Source: Rhizophagus irregularis
Lineage: Eukaryota
Assembly: GCF_026210795.1 (NCBI RefSeq)
Contig: NC_089435.1
Location: 3,534,001 to 3,598,000, forward strand
Reading direction: 5' to 3'
Length of the DNA stretch: 64,000 nucleotides
The notes below the pieces were generated by a model, which was not told the origin of the DNA, searched no databases, and worked only from the letters and a program-made list of their open reading frames with translations. The position numbers and the translations under genes were made by a program. Shown here in pieces: positions 38,701 to 49,060 of the stretch; position 1 is the first letter of the stretch, and the number at the start of each line of letters is the position of its first letter.

Positions 38701-41267
38701 CTAATTTCTTTATTTAAAAAATTATTTTGTAATTTAATTTAGTTAGTAAGTCATAATTTATTTATTTAATTCTATTATTACTTATTGTTATAATATTTAC
38801 ATATAATTTAAACTAACTAATTTCTTTATTTAAAAAATTATTTTGTAATTTATTTTAGTTGGTAAGTCATAAGTTATTTATTTAATTCTATTATTACTTA
38901 TTGTTATAATATTTACATATAATTATATAATTTAAACTAACTAATTTCTTTATTTAAAAAATTATTTTGTAATTTAATTAGATTGTAAGTCATAAGTTAT
39001 TTATTTAATTCTATTATACTTATTGATATAATATTCACATATAATTTAAACTAACTAATTTCTTTATTTAAAAAATTATTTTATAGATGGTAAGTTATTT
39101 ATTTAATTCTATTATTACTTATTGTTATAATATTTACATATAATTTAAACTAACTAATTTCTTTATTTAAAAAATTATTTTGTAGATGGTAAGTTATTTA
39201 TTTAGTTCTATTATACCTATTGCTATAATATTTACATATAATTTAAACTAACAAATTTCTTTATTAAAAAAATTATTTTATAGATGGTAAGTTATTTATT
39301 TAATTCTATTATTACTTATTGTTATAATATTTACATATAATTTAATTTCTTTATTAAAAAATTATATATGAACTAGCTTGTAAGTATTTCTATTGTTATA
39401 TATTTTATATAATATTTATTTGTTAACTAAATTTCTTCATTTAAAAAATATCTGTTACTTTAGTTGGTAAGTTGTAAATTACAGGTTATTATATGTATTT
39501 TCCAAAAATTAAGACTTATATTACATTAAATTCCTATTTAAATTTTAGAGTAAGTAATAATTTATTTTGTGTAAATTATAATACAATACTATAATATAAT
39601 TTTAATTATTTAAATTTATAGATTTGGGAAAAGTGGAAATACAATTATAGATGATTTTATTCTTGAAAAACAATTGAGATGGATCCCTTTTAACAAGTTT
39701 AAAAATGTTGAATATCTTAACGAAGGAGGATTTGGTACTATATACAAAGCTATTTGGGTAAAGAATAATGGAAATAAATATAAAGATAATGAAGATGATG
39801 AAGATAATGAAGATGATAAAGATGATGAAGATGATGAAGAAGGTGAAGATGATGAAGATGATGAAGAAGGTGAAGATGATGAAGAATATAAAGAATATAA
39901 AGAAGATGAAGAAGATGAAGAAGTAATTCTTAAATGTTGCAAGAAATTAAATGAAAATTTAAATGAATTTTTGAAAGAAGTAAGATAGATTGATAGTATA
40001 TTATTTTTTATTTTTATAATTTAGATTAATAAATTATTATTATATTTTATAGTGGAAATATCATACAAGTGTTTTAAGTTCAAATGATATTATAAATTTT
40101 CATGGATTTACAGAAGATCCAAATACTTCAAAATATATGGTAGTAATGGATTATGCAAATAAAGGTAGTTTAAGAGAAAATTTAACAAGTATAGTCAAAA
40201 ATAATTGGAATCAAAAATTATATATGTTGTACGAAATTATTTCTGGACTAAGTAAGATACATGGAGAAGAACTTATTCATTGTGATTTTCATGATGGTAA
40301 TATTTTAAAACATAATGATGAGAATAAGGATAAAATTTATATTAGTGATTTAGGATTATGTCAACCTGCAAAATCATTTTTGAAAAAGTATGATATTTAT
40401 GGTGTTATACCATTTATGGCTCCTGAAGTTTTAAGAGGCAAATCTTATACTCCAGCTAGTGATATATATAGTTTTTCTATGATTATGTGGGAGTTTACAT
40501 CTGGAATACCACCATTTAACAATCGAGCACATGATCTTCAGCTTAGTTTAAGTATTTGTAAAGGTGAACGTCCTGGAATTATTGAAAATACTCCACAATG
40601 TTATGTAAATTTAATGAAAAAATGTTGGAATAAAAATCCATTAAAAAGACCATCTACTTCAGAAGTGAAAGGTGTTTTTGAGAATTGGATTATCCGTCCT
40701 TATAAAAATGAAGTCAGTAAAGAATTAAAAAGCAACATTATGGAATTTATAAATGCACCAATTGGGCATAACAATCTTACTACTAAATCTCATCCTAAAG
40801 CATGTTTTACAAGTCGCTTACTTGATTTTACTAGTAAAAAATTGAATGAAATTCTTGAAAGTGAAAATTTACAAGCATATCATAAAAGTCATTCAGATTT
40901 GAATGATTGTGTTATTAAAGATTTGAGGTCATTAGGTATATACTATAATATATAAAAAATTAATCTTGCAAATTATTTATATGAAATTAATTAATTTATT
41001 TAATTATTAAAACAGATGAGAATATTAATAAAAAATTGAATGAAATTCTTGAAAGTGAAGATTTACATGCTAGTGTAAAAGCAAATGAAATAAATGAAAT
41101 GCTAGTAAGTGAAGATTTGAATAATTATATAATTAAGGATCTGGGGTCATTAGGTATGTACTATGATATATAAAGAATTAATCTTGCAAATTATTTATAT
41201 TATTTATGTGAATTAATTTTATTTAATATTTAATTATTTAGATATTAAAAAAGCAGATGAAAATTAA
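35749..41267 (+). CDS. Tyrosine-kinase-like protein kinase with micro-exon-encoded N-terminal segment (predicted 540 aa, 39 exons)
   Basis: Exons 35749-35770, 35853-35951, 32 x 3 nt (36048-39466), 1 nt (39549), 39622-39979, 40053-40935, 41016-41153, 41242-41267 total 1623 nt with no internal stop. Motifs EGGFG, VILK, HCDFHDGN, DLG, APE. The kinase part is secure; the micro-exon part is predicted. Confidence 0.85.
36048..39549 (+). repeat. Tandem array of ~100-bp intron + micro-exon units
   Basis: 33 occurrences of AG|exon|GTAAGT, 32 with exactly 3 nt between the sites; spacers of about 72-120 nt (one 438 nt), most with branch-point-like (a)ctaac/ctaat. Confidence 0.9.
37557..37880. mobile_element. 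Insertion in one intron of the micro-exon array, with internal hairpin
   Basis: Interrupts the unit consensus tgttat^aatattt; its start tatcgttcagcccaatagga is the reverse complement of 63018-63037; hairpin at 37766-37859. Confidence 0.7.
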
Positions 41268-42445
41268 CTAATCATTGTTGGTTTTTTAAAAAAATTTATA
41301 TTTTTTTTTAAGTACTATTTGATATTACACATTCAAAAGAAATTGTTTTTTATTTTATTCTTTTTAAATTTATTTAAACACTAAGGCTAGAGTAGTAAAA
41401 TATTTTACAAGTTTCTTAGTTTGCAATTTAAATAATTCTTTTTTTTTTTTAACTTCTGTATTTATATTCACTTTTTTTTATTACACTTAGAATTATTTAA
41501 ACACTAAGATTAGAGTAGTAAATATTTTACAAGTTTCTTAGTTTGTAATTTAAATGAATCCTTTTTTTATAACTATTCCAATTATGAGATATAAAACCAT
41601 TTCCAATGATAATGTAAAATTTTTTATACTAATACTAAATTTATATTTGTTGACTTTTATTTTTAATATTATTTAAATATTTTGATAAGAAACTACAATG
41701 ATAACTGCTGTATTATATAATGCATCAGTTATTTTTTTTCTTGATAAACCAAAGTCTTCTAACTTTATTTTATTTTGATGTACAAGTATAATGTACTCAC
41801 TAAAATGAATATATGATATTAATTTATTGCTTGATATAATCAAATTAAAAAAAACTCACTTGTTATGCATAAATTTTACAGAATTTGCAAGTTGAAGTAC
41901 TAATCTATATTTATTATTCCATCCAAGTTTATTGCTATTCTCTTTTAATAGAATTGTATGTAATAATCCACAATCAAGTATACTTCATAATAAATAAATA
42001 TGTCTTCCATTTTTAGGATTCCATAAAATTGGATGATAATTGCATGATAATCTGTTGCATTTTAACTATTTTTAAAATATAGTAACATATAATATTAATA
42101 GTGTATACCCATAATATTACAAATACTTTTAAATAATTTACCTCATTAACAATTTCATTAATAGTTAAATTAAATGGACATTTTAGAGCCATAATAGTAT
42201 TAGAATCTTTATAATTTGTATGAATAACATTTCCAAATGACCATTACTTATTCCTTCTTCATTAGTAAAGTTTGCATACTAATCATAATAATATTTGATG
42301 TAATCTTCTAATATTGCTTTTCCTAACCAATCAATTAATATAAGTTTTAGAATTATCCATTTATTCTTTGGTTGCAATCAGTGTTTTATAAGTACCACAC
42401 CTTTTTATGATAAGATAATAATGAATTTATAATATTTGTTGCTAT

Positions 42446-43336
42446 TGTTACCGGTAATAACGGTAATTAAGAGTTGGATAACTAGCGATATTATATCGTA
42501 TAAACACTCGGTTATCAATGGGATTCTTACTCAATACTACCTATCCTGGTATTCCGGTATTGTTCGTTAAGAATCGTCAGATAAACAACTACAAAATACG
42601 ATAAATAATAATACGCAATAGTTATAATAACAAATGTTATATGACTGTTAGAAACAACGGGTAATATTTGACCAGGATATAACGATTTTATTAATAGATG
42701 TAAATTTCGGGTCTTTACAACAAGTGATAAAAAGTGATAAAAAGGGATAGAAAATATATCTTAAAGATATTTAGCAACAAGATAACTATAGAAAATAGCT
42801 ATGAAGGTAACTACTCTATCAAAGAGTTGGCAGAAGGTATATTTATATCTTATTTTATCTAACTGTCATCTCTTTTTCCCGTCATCAAGACAAAATCTAA
42901 TCTATAGATGTCTATTGATGGGTTATTGATTTTCTATTGTCAAGTTTCATCGTGATATATCGTAATATATCAATACGATTATAAGCCACTTTAATAAAGT
43001 ACAAATGATAATTTTGGACGGTTAATTACTATTGAGCTGATTTCCCCACAATAACTTCTAATAAAATCTTATACATATAAACAATACAAATAAAGAAAAT
43101 AAATAATATAAACAATAATAATATGAATAAAATAATAATACTACTTATGTAAATATAATAAAAATAAATAAAATCAATATCTTCTATTAGGTTAATCTGG
43201 TGTACACAAATCACCGGTTGTATAACGATATAAATCGGCACGTAATATCAGAAATCGACATGTACACAAATGTACTGTATTCATATCGGATCGTCATATA
43301 TCGTCGGAAATCATGTGAGTAAGATTTCGTGTAACA
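42446..43336. mobile_element. Solo LTR (891 bp)
   Basis: TGTTAC...GTAACA termini with ctat duplicated at 42442-42445 and 43337-43340; no coding capacity. Confidence 0.75.
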
Positions 43337-43549
43337 CTATTAATCAGTTCACACTGAATATTTGAATATGGGTGTATAATTCAATATGATTTTATTTTAT
43401 TTGAGTTAAATAATTTATTTGTCTTTTTTTTTTATTTAAAGTAGGAATTCATGAAAAAAGGATATATCTTAATTTCATTATTATCATCATTATCATATTC
43501 ATCATTAAATGATTAATATAAAAACTTGAAAAAATACAAAATACAAAAC

Positions 43550-43990
43550 AATGGATTCATCAAACAAAATTCAAACATTGCTGATAATTCTCCATCATTT
43601 TTATTCATAAAAGTATTTAAATAATTTAAAACACTTTACAGGTTGGTACAGGATTAGGATAGCAGGTTTATGTTACAACTTACAAATAGAATTGGAACAG
43701 ATAGAGATTATGATAATGGTATTTCAAATCACCTAATAATGGATTTACTTTGGGTCAATATAGTTTATACTTTATACTTTACGGGAATTAACAAAGTTTA
43801 TTCTAATTGAATGCTTTTTAAAATCAACTAATAATGGATGTGCTAAAGGTCAATATAATTTATGTTATTGACATGATGTCATGATAATGAATTGGAATAA
43901 ATAATAATTACAAAATGACATTTGAATTGTATTTAAAATCCACTGAATCAGGAAATGGAATGGTAAAGAATAGTTTGAAGGAAATATAAA
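43550..43990 (+). pseudogene. Sel1-repeat gene remnant
   Basis: Fragments AGLCY, IGTDRD, LKSTNNGCAKGQYNL, FELYLKSTESGN in broken frames. Confidence 0.65.
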
Positions 43991-44494
43991 GAGTTTGATA
44001 TGCAATATTTGTCATATTTTGAGTAATTTAAAAACTAGAAATGATAACATTTAATTTTGTAACGGTTTCCCTTTATGAAAATCTTTTATTACAGGATTTC
44101 ATATGAATTCAATTAATCATTGTGGAAAAAATTAACTTTATAGTAATGAAATTATCAAAGTCAGCCATTACATGTAAATTATACTAAGAATTGAATTATA
44201 TTTGTTTAATTCTTGTATTTTTGAATAAAGTTATTAATTATTTCATTTATAACAGTTTTTTCATGATTTAACATTTTTTTATATCGCATAATTCCAAATT
44301 TTACAATATCTAATATAATTAAATAAAAAGTTTCTATATAATTCATGATTAAATTAGAATTATCTCTTATTTCATCATCTATAAAGTGAATTAGCAGTGA
44401 ATTATTACATTTGATAGTGATTTCTTCTTATTTAAGTATCTCGCGGATTCTTCTATAAAATTGGAATTATAATTTCTCAATATTTGAAAAGTTA

Positions 44495-44676
44495 CCTCTA
44501 TAAAAAATTTTATCTATTATTTCTAAAAACTCCATAAAAATGAGCCTTTCACGGATCCATTCATGGAAAATGTAAATAATTCGATAAATTTCGTGATATA
44601 ACAAGGTTATTAATTCTAGAAATATGAGCCTTTTACGGAAATAAGATGGAATGTAAAAAATGGCTTTTTTAGAGGG
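44495..44676. mobile_element. CCC-type MITE with 3-bp TSD (tta)
   Basis: cctctataaaaaattttatc...ttttttagaggg; related to 17607-17761. Confidence 0.65.
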
Positions 44677-44877
44677 TTAACATATCTTGACTTGAAAAGG
44701 ATCTTCGTGTCAAGACTTGTTTTTTTTTCAAATTGTTTTCTTACAAATTTAATCTTTTTTGAAATTTTTGGTTGTGATAGCATGTAAGAGAATTATATTT
44801 ATATTTATAAACATAATACATTATTAATAAATTACTTTTTGTAAATCATGACGGGAAAATGTCTGTCGGGATATATG

Positions 44878-45172
44878 CCCTATAAAAAAAGAAAATTCGG
44901 AATTTGTCCTGAAAAGTATGGAAAATGTCCGGAAATTTTCCGTGCGTCCGGAAAACATTTGGAAACGGTCACGTTTTGGAACACTTTCCGGACGCACAAA
45001 TTCCAGACATTTTCTTGACACTCCAGAATTTGTCCAGAATTTGTCCAGAATCGAGCGTCCAGAAAATGTTCCAAAACATGACCGTTTCTGAATGTTTTCC
45101 GGACGCATGGAAAATTTCCGGACATTTTCCATACTTTTCAGGACAAATTCCGAATTTTCGTTTTTTATAGGG
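44878..45172. mobile_element. Near-perfect foldback MITE with 3-bp TSD (atg), nested in another short-repeat element (~44850-45325)
   Basis: About 120-bp arms ccctataaaaaaagaaaattcggaatttgtcc... / ...ggacaaattccgaattttcgttttttataggg; atg on both flanks. Confidence 0.88.
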
Positions 45173-45997
45173 ATGTTGTTGGGATAATGTCATGTCGGAA
45201 AACTAACATGTAGTATAATGTCCATTAGGGAAGGTGTCATTTCGGTAAAATGTTCATTCGGGAATATGTCTTGTCGGGCAATCATCATCGGGCAAAGGGT
45301 ATGTCGGAAAAAGGTTGTCGGAAAGTTGTAAAAGGATAAATAATTAGTAAATCAGTTGCCACAACTGCGCCTTATACTCCATAGTTGAGAAGATTCTCTA
45401 GGGAGTATCTGTTTTATAAAAAAAATATCGAGTGCAGCAAAATCTGATTTTCATGCATAAGAATAAACCTTCAAATGTTTTATAATTTCTTTAAAAACGA
45501 TCTAAATTCTCAGTTTGGATCGATTGAAGCTTCTAAACAGTTTTCGAATTAGTGTCAGGTTATTCGTATCTAAATAAAAAAAAATACGGTATATAATACA
45601 TTCGGATAAAGAATTAGTTCAAAAACTGCATATATCTTTTTTGGTAAAATAAGTAAGAACACAGTACTTAAAAGAATAATAGCATCTGTATAGTGCATAG
45701 CGCCTAGAGAATTTAGTGATTATACCATACGATCACAAAATTATCTTTCTAAATTTAATAATTTTTGGTGTTGACGCGTTGTAATTGGCTTTTCGGATAC
45801 TGAGTACCAACGATATAATATTTATAAAATATTTCACATTTAAAATATTTTTAAACGCAAAAAAAGAATTTATTTATTTATTTAATAAATATAAAAAAAA
45901 ATTAAAATAAAATAAAATTAAAATTATTATTAATTAATTAACTATTAATTTACTTATTATTAATTAAAGATTCGTGTAAAATGGGTACATCAAACAC

Positions 45998-46510
45998 TTA
46001 TAAAAAACTCCAAAAGTCAGGTACAGCAGAAGAATCACTAGGACCAAAAATAGCAGCTGAACAGGCTAATGCTTCAACATTAGGTGGTGTTCCATGTTGC
46101 ATTGCAACTAAAATAACGTATGATTGAGGCAAATCTTTTGGTGCAGTGTATTTCTGCGTTGTAGAAAATGCAGTTCCGGCTTTAATCGGACAAGTAACTC
46201 CAGGTATTGTACAAATATCCACAACAAGGGGAATTCCTATGGGTGCTTGCGCGACAAGATCGATGAATCCAAGACCTAACAAATCTCCAGCGACAACATC
46301 TTTTTTCAATGTTCCCTTAATGTCAAACGTTTCTTCTTGTCCAGGAACGAAAGGATCAGGTGTCATTTTTACATCGAGTCCCACTACATCTGGTGGCAAA
46401 CCGGGACATGGTGAAAATTTAGTTTCTCTTTTTACAAGTTCAAGTGGTGCTGCATTGACCGCAAAAAGCATAGCAAATAAAACGAATGCCAAAATAAAAA
46501 TTCGATTCAT
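45998..46510 (-). CDS. Secreted MD-2-related lipid-recognition (ML/NPC2-like) protein
   Basis: Signal peptide, KR processing site, FSPC..V.MTPDP..PG, DIC..GVTCPIKAG and terminal AC cysteine pattern. Confidence 0.88.
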   Translation of the reverse strand: MNRIFILAFVLFAMLFAVNAAPLELVKRETKFSPCPGLPPDVVGLDVKMTPDPFVPGQEETFDIKGTLKKDVVAGDLLGLGFIDLVAQAPIGIPLVVDICTIPGVTCPIKAGTAFSTTQKYTAPKDLPQSYVILVAMQHGTPPNVEALACSAAIFGPSDSSAVPDFWSFL

Positions 46511-48628
46511 GATTACTTAAATTTTCTTGTAATTAGATTTTTATTAAAATAAATGTTTATTATTTTTTTTTTTTGAATTCGGATTAAATCAGTTACTTCT
46601 TTTATAAGAAAAAAACAACAACCAAAAGATTAACTTTGTTTCATTTATTCTTTTTCTTCGTATTAAATTTATTAATTTGCAAATCTAAAATCTTAGAATA
46701 GAACGATTATCATCATGCTATATATCAATCATGTTGGAAGAAAATCATGCTAAAATAATTATGTATTATTACTGCGTTGGATATCTTAACTAATTTCGTT
46801 TTTGTTTAAAAAAAAAAATTTAATAGACATCTCTGGTCGTTGTTTCTTATCGGCTGTTCTTTGTTATGAAATTCCAGCCGTCAGAATTTAAAAAAGGATA
46901 TGGGAGTGTAGAAATTTGAGATCATGTGAGGAATACAAATTTTAGGGGCTTTTATTAAGAAAGGAAATAAATTGTCTATTATAAAAATAAAATAAAATAA
47001 AATAAAAAAGGAAATAAAAAATAGGGGGACGGATAATCATTCATCTAAAATTAATTTTAAATGAAATTATGTCATTCAAAATAAATCGTAAAGTTTATTC
47101 GAATGCATAACTATTTCATACAAGAGGCATCACCATATGATCCCGAGGGGGAATAATAGTGCTCCAAACTAGTAAGGTAAACCGGGTGTTTCTCTTACAA
47201 GAATCTTTCATTTAGACACAAACAGAGTTATAATGGCAAATATTGTCCCAACGCATTTCTAAATGTCGAGATTTTCAATGCACATTCGGCATTCCATATG
47301 CCCTTATTCTCAAACACTATTGATTATAATAAAGAAGTTCCGAATTTCGTTCAAACGTTAGAAAGAGTTAAAAAACTCATACCAGCCGAGAATAAGTTTC
47401 GTCTAGATAGATTCCAAAGTTTCGGCCAGGAATGAAGAGTTTAGCAAAACCACATGCCCGAGCCCTTTCATCTTCTATTACTTTCCATTACTCCATTGTT
47501 ATTTCATTTTTTTTATTAGCATCTTTCTCCTTGATCATTGTAATTTATTTATCTTTTTATTTATTGTTATTGTTTCTTTTATTTGTATCACTTCATTAAA
47601 AATACAGTTTAAAATCGTAAATGTATGACTTAAATTTTAATATTTGCAAATAAAATTTCATTAAATAAGATTATTTTGAATAATATGTTTGCAAAAAAAT
47701 TTTTTTTAAAAAAATATCTTTTGTTAAAAAATCAGCTGTCAGCCGATCAATTATATATTGTACATCATGTGACATATTTGAAAAAAAAACCCAGGCGACA
47801 ATCACCCAGGAGACGTTTAGCAATTCCCTTAAATTTTTACTATTTTACTATTTTGACTTATAATAAACCGAAATCTGCCATTTCTCTATACTTAATTTAC
47901 TCATTATAAATAGAAAACATAATTTGTTTATTTATATTATTAATTTATTTATTTTAATGAAGCTTATTTATAAAAGTGAGATCAACAATTTGCATATTTA
48001 TAAATTGGTCTTTTTTTTTATAATAACTTTCACTTAAAAGATCTTTTAAAAGCATGCCAAGCTCCCCCATTAAAATGACCTCTTTTTTAATTCAAGATGT
48101 GTGATCGTCAATGATACTCCGATTCATAATGTTTCATTAATTGAATATCATAATCTCATTTAACTGCATGTGGTAATTTTGTTAAATGAGACGATTGATA
48201 GACTGGTTACAGTACGGTTTCCTGAATGTCATTTTACTGAAATCAATTTTCCGATTGGCCATTTTCCGACCGGATCATTTCCTGAATATCTCGAACTTTA
48301 CGATATATATATAAATTTCCTTTTTTAGAATAGATTTTGTTTATATTTATAGTTAAATCACAAATGACAGAAAAATAAAGATTAATTCCTTAAATAATAT
48401 TTTCCTATAATTTTTAGGCTTCTTTTTAACCCATTCCATTTTTTTACCAAAAGATTATTTGATTACAAAATTTAAAATAAAAATAACTGATAACGATAAT
48501 TTTCAAACAAATATTTTAATATATGATAAATTGATAATAAAAATAATGATACAATAGTATGTAACTATATATATACTGTACGTAAACTTTTTTTGCGTAA
48601 GAACCATAAAAGAAAAATTCATCTGAAC

Positions 48629-49060
48629 GGTTACAGGACAATTTTAATATTCTACCGACATGAAATTGACTGACGCCATTTTGCTGACTTCCATTTTACC
48701 GACATGTAAAATTACCCGACTTGCCATTTCACCAAAAATTTATTAGCTGCGCCTCACTCCTTACTGCGCCTTAATTTCAAATTATTTCAAATGCTGAAGT
48801 TCAATAAACTGATTAACAAAATGCAAGATTTTATAGCACCAATCTAATAATTCCTTTGTAATCTTTTCTCTATTTTTTTTTCAAATATTACAGTTAGAAA
48901 TTTAGAAACAAAAAATTTTTTTCATTGAAAATATTTAATACTGTAAGGGCAAATTTCATGATCGTCGACAAAATAAGGATTCGTTAAAATAATTTCGGCA
49001 AAATTATGTCGGTAAATTTTATGTCGGTGAAACAAGTGTCGGTAAATTAGGTGAATACGC
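48629..49060. mobile_element. Degenerate TIR element with ttaccgacat subterminal repeats
   Basis: accgacat motifs on the left and atgtcggt motifs on the right. Confidence 0.55.

Noticed and set aside
36440..39380. CRISPR array or plain satellite
   Set aside because: Eukaryotic context, no cas genes and no unique spacers. The invariant parts are splice signals, and the variable triplets splice into an open frame.
36048..39466. Reading the triplets as whole codons (L L M I G L L G L D L G G I L G L I G G G G M G...), a hydrophobic TM-like peptide
   Set aside because: Upstream exon 2 ends in phase 1, and only phase 1 plus the 1-nt exon reaches the kinase frame. The phase-0 reading has no in-frame connection.
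39616..39942. Ser-rich minus-strand ORF
   Set aside because: Antisense of the acidic insert in the kinase.
41700..42420. Possible minus-strand pseudogene
   Set aside because: Too degraded to assign.
44824..45193. Four overlapping ORFs with mirror-image sequences
   Set aside because: Artefact of the foldback MITE.
46146..46520. 124-aa plus-strand ORF
   Set aside because: Antisense shadow of the ML-domain gene.
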